Shown here in pieces: positions 54,810 to 64,000 of a stretch of DNA of 64,000 bases (position 1 is the stretch's first letter; each line of letters begins with the position of its first letter). Location: positions 67,898 to 131,897 of the forward strand of contig JBAZMS010000002.1 in assembly GCA_041649555.1 (NCBI GenBank), written 5' to 3'. The notes below the pieces were generated by a model. That model had not been told where the DNA came from. It saw only the letters and a program-made list of their open reading frames with translations, and searched no databases. This stretch comes from Candidatus Micrarchaeia archaeon. Its GTDB lineage: Archaea > Micrarchaeota > Micrarchaeia > Anstonellales > Bilamarchaeaceae. The position numbers and the translations under genes are program-made.

Positions 54810-55010
54810 ATGCCCGATTGCACATTCTGTCAGGAACCTTTGGCAAAAGGAAGGGGAATTCTATTCATAAAAAGAGATGGAAAAGCATTTTATTATTGCT
54901 CAAGCAAATGCAGAAAAAACTCACTCAATCTTAAAAGAGAGGGAAGAAAAAAGAAATGGACAAAAAGCTATAGAACCTTTAAGGCATCTCAGGGCAAAAA
55001 CAAAAAGTGA
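54810..55010 (+). CDS. rpl24e: 50S ribosomal protein L24e
   Basis: 'CTFCQEPLAKGRGILFIKRDGKAFYYCSSKC' is the L24e zinc-binding fold. Confidence 0.75.
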   Translation: MPDCTFCQEPLAKGRGILFIKRDGKAFYYCSSKCRKNSLNLKREGRKKKWTKSYRTFKASQGKNKK

Positions 55011-55471
55011 ATTTTATGGAAATGACAGTAGTTTTAATAAAGCCTGATGCAGTTCAGAGAGATTTGATCGGAGAAATAATTGCAAGATTTGAAAAAAAAG
55101 GACTTAAAATTGCAGGATTAAAAATGATGCAGTTCACTCCTGAAATTTCAAAACAACATTATTCTCATTTAGTTGAAAAATCATTTTATTCTGGCCTTGA
55201 AACTTTTATGACTTCATGCCCCATAGTTGCAATTGCAGTTGAAGGAAAAGATGCAGTTGAGGTTGTAAGAAATATTGTCGGGGTTACAAATGCAAGAGAG
55301 GCACTTCCCGGAACAATTCGGGGGGATTTCTCAATGAGTGTTTCAAAAAATACAATTCATGCAAGTGATTCAAAAGAAAATGCCCGAAAAGAATTGGAAA
55401 GATTTTTCAAAAAGGAAGAATTGTTTTCTTATTCGAAACCAGATAATTACTATTCGCATGATGAACTCTAA
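55007..55471 (+). CDS. ndk: nucleoside diphosphate kinase
   Basis: 'VVLIKPDAVQRDLIGEIIARFE', 'GDFSMSVSKNTIHASDS' (active-site His). Confidence 0.8.
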   Translation: MNFMEMTVVLIKPDAVQRDLIGEIIARFEKKGLKIAGLKMMQFTPEISKQHYSHLVEKSFYSGLETFMTSCPIVAIAVEGKDAVEVVRNIVGVTNAREALPGTIRGDFSMSVSKNTIHASDSKENARKELERFFKKEELFSYSKPDNYYSHDEL

Positions 55472-55472
55472 T

Positions 55473-56489
55473 TTAAATTTGATTTTTTTCTTTTGGAAAA
55501 CCATACAACTCTCTAAATTTTACTATTCCGCCATATTTTCTTACCACTGAATCAGGAATATGGGTATTAAGGCCAATAACCACATTTAGTTGTTCAAGGG
55601 ATGGAACCTCCATAAACATTTGTATGTATTCTCTCATTAGTGTTGCTATAAATTCCGGATTTTTTAATTTTTCAAGTTTTTCTTTTTCTGAAATATTAGA
55701 AAATTTATACTGTTCAAGAACCTTTTCAAATCTTTTCTTCATTTCTTCATTTCTTTTTCTTATTTTTAATGATACTGGGCATCCCCTTTTTTCTTTGGTA
55801 TAATACCCCCACATTCCATCATTATCTTGGGGGACCAAATACTTGTCCCTATTAACCAATGTGCTTATTTCCTCATCTGTTATATCCCTGATTTTATAAT
55901 AGTCGGATTTCTTGTTTAATTTTGCATTTTTAAAAATTTCTTTAAATCTTCTGCTTCCGATATCTACATTGCAAAAAATGCTTGTTTTTTTATCCTCGGA
56001 TACAAAATCCACAACAAAATATTCCCTGATCATAAATAATCCTGCAATTTCCCAGTCTGCTTTAAATCTGGATTTTTTTAAAAAATCATATATTTGTGTT
56101 TCTGCTTCTTGTTTATATCCTTCTATTTTTTCATTTTGCAAATAATAAAGGGAAATCCAGAGAATAAATAATTCTTTGTCATGTTCGTTGAAATCCAGTT
56201 TGCCTTCATTTTCCATTAAAGGCAGGGTGATTTCAAGCAAATTGCACCATGTTTCAAGAAGAAACCCCTGCCTATGCTTTGTGCGCATTTTTATTTCATT
56301 CATTTTTTCTAAGATCTGTCCACCCTTAGGGATATTATTTAAAAAATTTAAGATTTGTCTGAAATCCATATTCCTTATTCTTGTTAAAAGATTAGTTTTA
56401 TTTTCTATATCCTCACAAATAGGTGGAACAAGTTTAATTCTTTTTTTTGGAACGTAATTATCTGTGAGAATAGTTGATAAAGAACCCAT
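55473..56489 (-). CDS. hypothetical protein (338 aa)
   Basis: Intact ORF, no motif recognised. Confidence 0.3.
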   Translation of the reverse strand: MGSLSTILTDNYVPKKRIKLVPPICEDIENKTNLLTRIRNMDFRQILNFLNNIPKGGQILEKMNEIKMRTKHRQGFLLETWCNLLEITLPLMENEGKLDFNEHDKELFILWISLYYLQNEKIEGYKQEAETQIYDFLKKSRFKADWEIAGLFMIREYFVVDFVSEDKKTSIFCNVDIGSRRFKEIFKNAKLNKKSDYYKIRDITDEEISTLVNRDKYLVPQDNDGMWGYYTKEKRGCPVSLKIRKRNEEMKKRFEKVLEQYKFSNISEKEKLEKLKNPEFIATLMREYIQMFMEVPSLEQLNVVIGLNTHIPDSVVRKYGGIVKFRELYGFPKEKNQI

Positions 56490-56653
56490 GTGATTATCTA
56501 TATCCTATTGTGTTTTTAAACCTATTTTTGTAAAGATTGTGGTAGATTGTTACAACTCTTTTTATACTTTTCGTAGCATAATTATTTTACACACGATAAG
56601 GTGAACTAAAATGAATTTAGAAAATAAGATGAATAAAAATTTGGATTTTTTCA

Positions 56654-56845
56654 ATGCCCTGCAGTCTAATTTGTCTTATCGCTGGCACGAGTTCAACTAA
56701 TTCTAAAATAAGTTCAGAGATACTTGAGAAAATACTTTATCTCTATTTTGTAGAGCGCCTGAATATAAGAAGAATTGCAAAAGAGCTCAATCTTTCACAT
56801 ATGAGTATATACCGGGCATTGAATAGGTGTCATTATGATTTTTAA
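56654..56845 (+). CDS. small HTH-containing ORF (possible gene remnant)
   Basis: 'VERLNIRRIAKELNLSHMSIYRALNR' is a classic helix-turn-helix; the N-terminus is low-quality and an overlapping second frame (from ATG ~56607) is also open. Confidence 0.25.
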   Translation: MPCSLICLIAGTSSTNSKISSEILEKILYLYFVERLNIRRIAKELNLSHMSIYRALNRCHYDF

Positions 56846-56866
56846 AAATAATTGAGGTGCGTTAAT

Positions 56867-58150
56867 ATGAAATATAATAAAATAATTTTAGATGAAAACG
56901 AACTCCCAAAATATTATTATAATATTTTGCCAGACCTTCCCGAAGCCCTGCCTCCACCAATAAATCCGCAAACAAAAGAACCAATTTCTCCAAAAGATTT
57001 GGAAATTATTTTTCCAAAAGAATTAATAAGACAGGAAATGTCCAAGGAACCAAGGATAAAAATCCCAGATGAAATAAAGGAAGTATTATTGAAAATGGGC
57101 AGACCATCCCCTCTAATCAGGGCCAAATATCTTGAAAAATATCTTAAAACCCCTGCAAAAATTTATTTTAAGCATGAAGGATTAAACCCCTGCGGCTCTC
57201 ACAAGCCAAATACAGCAATTGCCCAGGCATATTATAACCAAAAAGAAGGAACAGAAACTTTATCAACTGAAACCGGGGCAGGCCAATGGGGAACAGCACT
57301 TTCATATTCGTGTAATTTTTTCGGCCTTAAATGCGAGGTATTTATGGTAAGAATTAGTTTTGACCGAAAACCACACAGAAAAATTATGATGCAAACTTAT
57401 GGTGCAGATGTTTATCCCTCCCCTAGCAGTAAAACAGAATTTGGAAAAGCATATCTTAAGAAAAATCCGAATACTCCAGGAAGCTTGGGCATTGCAATAA
57501 GCGAGGCAATAGAGGTTGCAATAAAAAATGAAAATACAAAATATTCTCTTGGAAGCGTTTTAAATCATGTAATGCTACATCAAACAGTTATTGGGCTTGA
57601 AGTAAAAAAACAATTAGAAATTGCCCAGGAAACTCCTGATATTTTGATTGGTTGCGTTGGAGGGGGTTCAAATTTTGCAGGATTTTCATTCCCATTTATG
57701 AAAGATAAATTAAAAGGAAATTCAAATGCAAGATTTATTGCAGTAGAGCCTTCAACCTGTCCAACTCTTACAAAAGGGGATTATAGATATGATCATGGGG
57801 ATACGGCAGGTCTGACTCCTCTTTTGAAAATGTATACACTTGGAAAAGATTTTATTCCTCCTCCAATATATGCAGGAGGTCTTAGATACCATGGGATGAG
57901 TCCGATTATTTCACTTCTTGCAAAATATAATTTTGTTGAACCTGAAGCCTATCCACAAAAAGAGGTATTTGATTCTGCCAGAATATTTGTAAGAACAGAA
58001 GGGATTATTCCTGCGCCAGAATCCGCCCATGCAATACATTCTGCAATAAAACATGCGATTATATGTAAAGAAAAGAATGAGAAAAAAACAATTGTTTTCA
58101 ATCTCAGCGGCCATGGACTTTTGGATTTGGGGGCATACGAAAGTATTTAA
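56867..58150 (+). CDS. trpB2: tryptophan synthase beta-like PLP enzyme, TrpB2 subfamily
   Basis: '[25 protein letters not shown]' (PLP-Lys), N-terminal '[15 protein letters not shown]' TrpB2-type extension, ~428 aa; GAGGTG Shine-Dalgarno before ATG 56867. Confidence 0.7.
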   Translation: MKYNKIILDENELPKYYYNILPDLPEALPPPINPQTKEPISPKDLEIIFPKELIRQEMSKEPRIKIPDEIKEVLLKMGRPSPLIRAKYLEKYLKTPAKIYFKHEGLNPCGSHKPNTAIAQAYYNQKEGTETLSTETGAGQWGTALSYSCNFFGLKCEVFMVRISFDRKPHRKIMMQTYGADVYPSPSSKTEFGKAYLKKNPNTPGSLGIAISEAIEVAIKNENTKYSLGSVLNHVMLHQTVIGLEVKKQLEIAQETPDILIGCVGGGSNFAGFSFPFMKDKLKGNSNARFIAVEPSTCPTLTKGDYRYDHGDTAGLTPLLKMYTLGKDFIPPPIYAGGLRYHGMSPIISLLAKYNFVEPEAYPQKEVFDSARIFVRTEGIIPAPESAHAIHSAIKHAIICKEKNEKKTIVFNLSGHGLLDLGAYESI

Positions 58151-58187
58151 TATTTTTCTTACCTAATTAGTTATAAAAGGGATTAAG

Positions 58188-58673
58188 ATGAGGTATAAAG
58201 GAAAATATCCAGAACCAAAAAAAAGTAAGAGTATTCCACTTAGAAAACTTTTTATGGCCGAAGAAAGAGTTGCCGATGAAATTGCCAATAGTATTCGTTT
58301 GGATAAGGATTTAGAAAGAAAAGAATCGTTGCTGTTAGCGCAAAGAAATATTGCGATTGGAATCATCTCAAGAAAAAATTTCATTTTAGAAAGCATTAAA
58401 TATGCAGTATTACTTGCAAAAACTCTTCGGGTTGAAAAACTTGAAGCATTTGCATCAGATTATAAGGAAATGGCAGAGGATTTAAAATATTTTCATCAAT
58501 CTCATTTGGAATTTTCCTATGATTCTCACATTGCTGTATTATATCATGCAGCATCAATTGCCTACCAAAGATTGGGGGATTCAAATAATGCGCAGGATTG
58601 TTTACAAAACGCCAAGTTCTTTTTTACAGAGTCTGTTGCTGCATCAGGGCCTGAAAAGGCAATGTTTCATTAG
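58188..58673 (+). CDS. hypothetical alpha-helical protein (161 aa)
   Basis: No motif recognised. Confidence 0.3.
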   Translation: MRYKGKYPEPKKSKSIPLRKLFMAEERVADEIANSIRLDKDLERKESLLLAQRNIAIGIISRKNFILESIKYAVLLAKTLRVEKLEAFASDYKEMAEDLKYFHQSHLEFSYDSHIAVLYHAASIAYQRLGDSNNAQDCLQNAKFFFTESVAASGPEKAMFH

Positions 58674-59800
58674 ATAATTTCCATTTTTTCAATTGCCTCA
58701 TTAATTATCCTATCGAGATTTACTTCATTTGCAAACCCATCTATTCTCTCTTTTTTTGCTTTTGTTGCAGGATGTTTTATTGAGCTCAAAGAACAGCAAT
58801 CCCTATATTCCTCATTGGATAATTCGTATGTTCCAATTTCTTTTGCAATTTTAATTGTTTTTAATTTATTAAATCCGACAAGGGGTCGGTAAATTGGAAT
58901 CTTTATTCCATATGTTGCAGAATAAATATTCTCAATTGTCTGGGATGCAACCTGCCCAATGGAATCTCCGCTGACCATTCCAAGTATATCTTCTTTTTCG
59001 CAGATTTTTTCTCCAATCCGATATAAAAATCTCCGGAACAAAACCAACTCATATTTTGGATTTGTTTCAAAAACATATTTATAAAATACTGAATAGGGAA
59101 TTAGATATAATCTTCCTCTATTTCCATATTCTCCGAGTTTTTTTATTAATTTAATTATTTTGCTCTCTGCTACTCTTTCTTTTGAAAGAGAATAAATATG
59201 CAAAAAATCAATATTGCAACCTCTTCCCATCATCAAATATGATGCTACAACTGAATCTATCCCTCCGGATAAAAGGCACAGCAATCTTCCTGATGATCCG
59301 ATGGGGAGGCCTTCAAGTCCGCTTTCTCTTCTTAAAAAAACCAGAAAACAATTCTCAAGAACCTCTATATTTATTTTTATTTGTGGATTTTTCAAATCTA
59401 TCTTCAGCTTCAGTTTCTCATACAGGTGTTCTCCTATCTCCTTATTTATCTCCATTGAATTTTCAGGATATTTTTTATCTGATCTTTTTGTTTCAACCTT
59501 GATAGTTTTATCTTTGATTAATTCTATATTTTCATTTAGATACTCTATGATCCCGTTTTTATCCCTTTTTAGTTTTTTTCCGATTCCAAAATATGAAATT
59601 CCGAATATTTTTTTCAGGTTTTCAATTATTTTTTCTTCGTTTTCGCAGTATTCAATCAATATTCTTGATTCTTGTTTGTATATCCTTTTAATTAGGCCTT
59701 CCAATTTTTCCAGAATATTCTCTATCAGGATGTTTTCAAATTCAGGCCGGTTTTTTCCTTTTAGTGCAATTTCATTATAATGTATAATGGCAATTTTCAT
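58670..59800 (-). CDS. thiI: tRNA 4-thiouridine synthase ThiI (THUMP + PP-loop)
   Basis: PP-loop 'LLSGGIDSVVASYLM' preceded by a THUMP-like N-domain. Confidence 0.75.
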   Translation of the reverse strand: MKIAIIHYNEIALKGKNRPEFENILIENILEKLEGLIKRIYKQESRILIEYCENEEKIIENLKKIFGISYFGIGKKLKRDKNGIIEYLNENIELIKDKTIKVETKRSDKKYPENSMEINKEIGEHLYEKLKLKIDLKNPQIKINIEVLENCFLVFLRRESGLEGLPIGSSGRLLCLLSGGIDSVVASYLMMGRGCNIDFLHIYSLSKERVAESKIIKLIKKLGEYGNRGRLYLIPYSVFYKYVFETNPKYELVLFRRFLYRIGEKICEKEDILGMVSGDSIGQVASQTIENIYSATYGIKIPIYRPLVGFNKLKTIKIAKEIGTYELSNEEYRDCCSLSSIKHPATKAKKERIDGFANEVNLDRIINEAIEKMEII

Positions 59801-59805
59801 AGATA

Positions 59806-60702
59806 TTACCTTGTAATTATAGTTCCGGCTTCTCCGGCAATCGCATCCAATACCTTATCAAGAGAAGTGATTATTGCCTTGTTTCCCCCATTTTTTATAA
59901 AAGTTATGCATGCTTCAATTTTCGGGCCCATGCTTCCTTTTGCAAAATGCCCGTCTTTTAAATATTCCTCTGCCTTATTTATAGTTATTTTATATAATGC
60001 TTTTTGGTTTGGAGAATGAAAATTCAAATATACATTGCTTACTGCAGTCAAAATCATCAAAACATCTACGCCGAGTTCGTTTGCAAGGACCTGCGAGGCC
60101 CGGTCCTTATCGATTACAGCTTCAATTCCCTCTATTTTTTTATTTTTTATGACTGGAATTCCGCCCCCTCCTGTGCAAATAACTATCACTCCGGTTTCCA
60201 CTAATTTTTTTATTGAATTTATCTCTAATATTTTTATTGGTTTGGGTGAGGCGACAACCCTCCGGTACCCTTTTTTGAGCTCATAGGCCATGTTCTCTGA
60301 TTTTTTTTCATCATAATACGGTCCGACTGGTTTTGTTGGATTTTTGAATGCCAAATCCCCCTTTTTAACAAGTGTCTGCGTAACGATTGTAACCACTTCT
60401 TTTTTGGTTAAATTCCGTATAAATTGTTCTATCCAGTATCCTATTTGCCCCTGGCTCATTGCTCCGCAAACATCAAGGGGCATTGGTTCAACTTCCCGGC
60501 GGGCCTGTTCCTGCTGAATTAAAATATTTCCAACCTGCGGTCCGTTTCCATGCGTGATTATTATTTTATGTTTTTTTTCTATCAGTTTTGAGATATATCT
60601 GCAGCTTTTTTCTATATTTTTTTTCTGCTCTTTTTCAGTTCCTGCCTCACCTTTCTGCAGAATTGCGTTTCCCCCGAGTGCTATTACAATTTTCATAAAC
60701 AA
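59806..60702 (-). CDS. arcC: carbamate kinase
   Basis: 'MKIVIALGGNAI', 'ITHGNGPQVG', C-terminal 'GGGGIPV' match the carbamate kinase family. Confidence 0.75.
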   Translation of the reverse strand: MFMKIVIALGGNAILQKGEAGTEKEQKKNIEKSCRYISKLIEKKHKIIITHGNGPQVGNILIQQEQARREVEPMPLDVCGAMSQGQIGYWIEQFIRNLTKKEVVTIVTQTLVKKGDLAFKNPTKPVGPYYDEKKSENMAYELKKGYRRVVASPKPIKILEINSIKKLVETGVIVICTGGGGIPVIKNKKIEGIEAVIDKDRASQVLANELGVDVLMILTAVSNVYLNFHSPNQKALYKITINKAEEYLKDGHFAKGSMGPKIEACITFIKNGGNKAIITSLDKVLDAIAGEAGTIITR

Positions 60703-60712
60703 AAACCAGTTG

Positions 60713-61189
60713 TTATTCTTTTGGAGCAGAAGAAAAATATTTTCTGAATTTTTCAGTTAAAATCAGTCTTTTCGTTCTTCCCGCACTCTTTTGCTCTATA
60801 AATTTCAAATCAACAAGTTCTTTTATATATGGATAAACCGAAGGCCCCAATTTTTTTGCAACAACTGATTTTAGTATATTCCCGTCGTTCATATTTATGA
60901 AACTTAATACCCTTATTGCTCCCCGCCCAAGTTCAACATCCTGTGCAAGTCCCCGTACTGATTCTGCGTATTCGTTTTTTATTTTCATTATATATTTTCC
61001 TTCATTTTCGCAGATTTCTATTGCGCTGTTTCGCGATAGGTATTCATTTTGAATCTCTTTTAAAAGTTCTATTATTTTCTGCTCATTTTTTATTCCGCAT
61101 ATCTTTTTTATCTCATCAACTTTTAATTCTCTCGCGCTTATAAAAAGAGATGCCTCGATTATTCCTTTTGGATTTTGCATAACTATCAT
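60713..61189 (-). CDS. scpB: segregation and condensation protein B (ScpB-like, tandem wHTH)
   Basis: 'GIIEASLFISARELKVDEI' N-terminal signature; ~155 aa. Confidence 0.55.
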   Translation of the reverse strand: MIVMQNPKGIIEASLFISARELKVDEIKKICGIKNEQKIIELLKEIQNEYLSRNSAIEICENEGKYIMKIKNEYAESVRGLAQDVELGRGAIRVLSFINMNDGNILKSVVAKKLGPSVYPYIKELVDLKFIEQKSAGRTKRLILTEKFRKYFSSAPKE

Positions 61190-61722
61190 CTTACCACAAA
61201 ATTAATTAATTCTTTGCTGTAATCTGTTTCATCAATACTTTTTCTTTTGCCGGAAATTGCAGATATAATATCCTTTATGCACCTTAAAACGCTTTTTTGT
61301 GAAGTATCAACTTCAAAAAGTTTGCCGCGAAGATTTTTTCTGGATTTTAAATAGCAATAATCCAATAATTCGACCATTAGGTTGTCATTTATCTTTTTTG
61401 CGGCATATTTTCTTTTTATCAGTCTTTTTTCAAGTGTTTTTTTATTGCACCTTAAAATGAATATAAAATCCGAATCAAGTTTTATCTCGCATAATAGATG
61501 CGATTCTATTATCCAGCTTTTTCTTTTTCGAAGCTCTTTTTTAAGTGCATTTCTAAATTTTGGCATTAAAACCTCCATTTCATTATTTTTATCCAATTTG
61601 AATGCCTTTATTTTTTCTATCAGTTTTTTGCAGTCATAAAGTTCTATTCCGGTTTTTTTTGAAAGTTTTTTGGCAATTGTGGTTTTTCCACACCCGGGCG
61701 TTCCGGTTATGATTATTTTCAT
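61186..61722 (-). CDS. Fap7/adenylate-kinase-6-like P-loop kinase
   Basis: 'IIITGTPGCGKTT' P-loop; the layout resembles Fap7/AK6 more than Cmk or Adk. Confidence 0.5.
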   Translation of the reverse strand: MKIIITGTPGCGKTTIAKKLSKKTGIELYDCKKLIEKIKAFKLDKNNEMEVLMPKFRNALKKELRKRKSWIIESHLLCEIKLDSDFIFILRCNKKTLEKRLIKRKYAAKKINDNLMVELLDYCYLKSRKNLRGKLFEVDTSQKSVLRCIKDIISAISGKRKSIDETDYSKELINFVVR

Positions 61723-62049
61723 TTAAAGCACTTTTGAAAGATTACTCAAATATTTTTTTCCAATTTCAAGAATTTCAATTCCTTTTTTAGTCAATGTGTA
61801 GTATTTTCTTCTATTTTCAAATTTTGATTGGATAAGCCCTTCTGATTCTAATCTATACAACACCAAATAAATCATAACTTTGCTTGTTTCAAATCCGAAT
61901 TTTTTTTTAATTGCGCTATCCAATGCGTATGCATATAATTTTTTCTCTCTTTTGATCAATGATAATATATATAGCCACAAATTTCCAGAAGTTAAATGTT
62001 TTTTTAATCTTCTTGTAGGGGAATATGCATCTATTTTATTTTTTTCCAT
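61723..62049 (-). CDS. PadR-family transcriptional regulator
   Basis: 'YAYALDSAIKKKFGFETSKVMIYLVLYRLESEGLIQS' wHTH typical of PadR. Confidence 0.6.
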   Translation of the reverse strand: MEKNKIDAYSPTRRLKKHLTSGNLWLYILSLIKREKKLYAYALDSAIKKKFGFETSKVMIYLVLYRLESEGLIQSKFENRRKYYTLTKKGIEILEIGKKYLSNLSKVL

Positions 62050-62099
62050 AATTTAAACAATCAGGTAATCTTTATAAACATTATATCCCTATCCAAATT

Positions 62100-63320
62100 A
62101 TGAGTTATAAATTTCTGCTGATATTTTTATTTGTTATATCAGTATTTTTATCAGCAGATTCTTTTTTTAGTATAAATGACCTTCAAAAATTTATTCTTCC
62201 TGCAACAATTCTTCTTGTAAGTGCTATTTTTGCCCTTTCCTGGGCCCTTTCAGACCTTTTCAATTCTCCAGAATTGAAAGCATGGGTAAAAATAGAGCTT
62301 AGAAGCTTTATTTCAGGGGCAATTTTAATGATTCTTGTGCTGGCATTATTTTTTGGAACAAATTCCGTAACATATATTTTAACTGGGCAACCCGATGTTT
62401 CAGGGGCTGCAATAAACACATTAGAAGGATTTACAAAACCGCTTGAAGCTGCATATTCGGAATTAGTTACTGCCTCGCATTATATAGGAATGGCTGCGGG
62501 TTTTGGATATTCCGCGCCTGCATGGATGTATTATTTTTCATATAGTTTTATGAACAGCCCCCACTCCGGTGTTTCCGCCCTAAATAGCATGGTTATGCAG
62601 GGCGCAACAAGCATAAGCCAGGGAATTTTCATTTATTACACCCTGATAGTTCTTCTTGATTACTTTTCCAAGGTTATCCCCCCGGTAATTCTTCCAATTG
62701 CCCTTTCGTTAAGATTTATCCCATTTACAAAAAAGATAGGAAACACTTTGATAGCGCTTTGCATAGGTGCTGCGATAATCTTTCCTGTTTCTGTTCTTTT
62801 AGTTTCAGAATTTCATAACATTGCAATGAAAAATATCGGCACTCCGACACTGGATATGGAACCGTTCAAAAGTTTTTCATATCCTGCAATCGGCTGGCTT
62901 TGCGGAGGAGGGGATGCTGTAATAGGAACTGCAAAAGCATTTATCCAAGTTGGCGAGTTTGTATGGGGAATCATTGAAGGAGTTGCATGTTGCGCTGCAT
63001 TTCCTCCAAGCTGCCCTATTAATTTTGTACTTTGCTTTACTGCTGCAAGTTCAGTTGTTTATCCTATAACCGTTGGAGCTTACCAGGCATTGTTTTGGAC
63101 AATTGTTGCAATGGATTATAATTCATTTTTTGGAGAAGTTGATGTAATAGGGATATATTACTCCCTTTCAGCATTTCTTGAAACAGTAATAAAATACCTG
63201 CTAATAAGTGTAATTGACGCCCTGTTAATAATTATAATCACTGTAGTTGGCACAAAAAGTATTTCAATGGCAATTGGCGGAGAAGGATATTTCTATGGAA
63301 TACAAAGGTTGATCGGATGA
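62100..63320 (+). CDS. hypothetical polytopic membrane protein (406 aa)
   Basis: ~10 predicted TM segments; Cys-rich loop 'GVACCAAFPPSCPINF'. Confidence 0.3.
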   Translation: MSYKFLLIFLFVISVFLSADSFFSINDLQKFILPATILLVSAIFALSWALSDLFNSPELKAWVKIELRSFISGAILMILVLALFFGTNSVTYILTGQPDVSGAAINTLEGFTKPLEAAYSELVTASHYIGMAAGFGYSAPAWMYYFSYSFMNSPHSGVSALNSMVMQGATSISQGIFIYYTLIVLLDYFSKVIPPVILPIALSLRFIPFTKKIGNTLIALCIGAAIIFPVSVLLVSEFHNIAMKNIGTPTLDMEPFKSFSYPAIGWLCGGGDAVIGTAKAFIQVGEFVWGIIEGVACCAAFPPSCPINFVLCFTAASSVVYPITVGAYQALFWTIVAMDYNSFFGEVDVIGIYYSLSAFLETVIKYLLISVIDALLIIIITVVGTKSISMAIGGEGYFYGIQRLIG

Positions 63321-64000
63321 GGGCCATATTCTTTTTTTTAATTTTAATTTCAATTTTTTTTCCTGCAAACGGCATTGAAATCACCCTTGACCAGATAATG
63401 CAGACTGATGCCGGGCTTTTAATAGGCGCAGTAATTCTATTCAATATTTCTATAATAACCCTTGCATTTATATACGGAAAATCTGCAAATGATGCGCACG
63501 CCCTTGTGTTTTCAAAAGACGAATCATATCACCTGCTATTCTCCATAATTCTTTTGCTTTTTGTAGTGGGGATTTTAGCATCTTTTTGCAGCATTTTTTC
63601 AGCATTTTTTGGTTTTGCATTTGATTCTGCAGGAATTAGCGATGCCTGCTCTGATAAACTGGATAGCGGCCCTGTTGAAGTATCAACCTGTTATGTATCA
63701 AAAATGGAAAATGATGCAAAAAATCTTGTCTCCAATTCAATAGATTTATCTGTGGATTATGAAATGAGCTCAATGTGGATTTATTCTTTCAATATCCCTA
63801 TGTTTGGAACAACAATGACCCCTACAAAAGCATACAAAAAGGCATATGGAATGACTTTTGATATGATGAATACTTTATTTGCAACTCCTGCACTAATAAG
63901 CCTTTCAATGCAAAAAATCTTTTTGAAATATGCAGAAACAATTTCAATTGCCATTCTTCTTCCTGCAGCACTTTTACTAAGAATATTCTTTCCAACAAGG
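63317..64000 (+). CDS. hypothetical membrane/secreted protein (partial, runs off the window end)
   Basis: ATG at 63317 overlapping the previous stop; signal-like 'IFFFLILISIFFPANG'. Confidence 0.25.
   Translation, partial: MRAIFFFLILISIFFPANGIEITLDQIMQTDAGLLIGAVILFNISIITLAFIYGKSANDAHALVFSKDESYHLLFSIILLLFVVGILASFCSIFSAFFGFAFDSAGISDACSDKLDSGPVEVSTCYVSKMENDAKNLVSNSIDLSVDYEMSSMWIYSFNIPMFGTTMTPTKAYKKAYGMTFDMMNTLFATPALISLSMQKIFLKYAETISIAILLPAALLLRIFFPTR

Noticed and set aside
55473-56489. The 338-aa hypothetical protein as a possible homing endonuclease or mobile-element protein next to the frameshifted HTH ORF
   Set aside because: No LAGLIDADG, GIY-YIG, HNH or DDE motifs were found in the translation. 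There is no basis for a call.

Overview
AT-rich (~30% GC), gene-dense window from an archaeal chromosome. Archaeal identity is supported by an HMf-type histone, aIF-5A with a hypusine loop, r-proteins L7Ae/S28e/L24e/S24e/S27ae, Kae1, an RtcB ligase interrupted by a LAGLIDADG intein, an intron-containing tRNA and Sm-like/Lrp/PadR regulators. It is probably a small-genome (DPANN-like) lineage: a stand-alone 16S rRNA gene (minus strand, ~49763-51335) is not linked to a 23S or spacer tRNA and carries AT-rich expansion segments plus a non-canonical 5' end. The housekeeping content is as follows. Pyrimidine/purine amidotransferases: carB-carA-guaAA. TCA-related enzymes: two-subunit class I fumarase and malic enzyme. 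Transporters: Na/Pi cotransporter, ZnuABC with a NikR-like regulator, and a CDF transporter. Polyamine genes: speH, speE and a second AdoMetDC-like paralog. Other housekeeping genes: ThiI, carbamate kinase, TrpB2, ScpB, Fap7-like kinase, TatD, NYN and M23 peptidase. The most interesting part is a defence-like island at ~1.9-6.1 kb. It holds an orphan CARF(Csa3-like)-wHTH gene directly upstream of a DpnII/MboI-type GATC restriction-modification operon (Dam-like MTase, R.DpnII-like nuclease, second MTase) and a Schlafen/AlbA_2-domain protein. Other unusual structures: (1) an Arch_ATPase/DUF234 gene bracketed by a 47-bp direct repeat that contains an archaeal TATA box. (2) A ~130-bp duplicated bidirectional promoter, including the first 9 codons of an Lrp-type regulator, bracketing a radical-SAM gene. 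(3) A tRNA-Ala(GGC) with an ~85-nt intron inside the T-loop. (4) A ~390-nt gene-free segment after the tRNA. (5) A frameshifted PPDK_N-domain gene. (6) An uncharacterised three-gene operon whose middle product has a Met-rich SRP54-M-like tail. All coordinates and calls are from reading the sequence and ORF translations; no database search was run.
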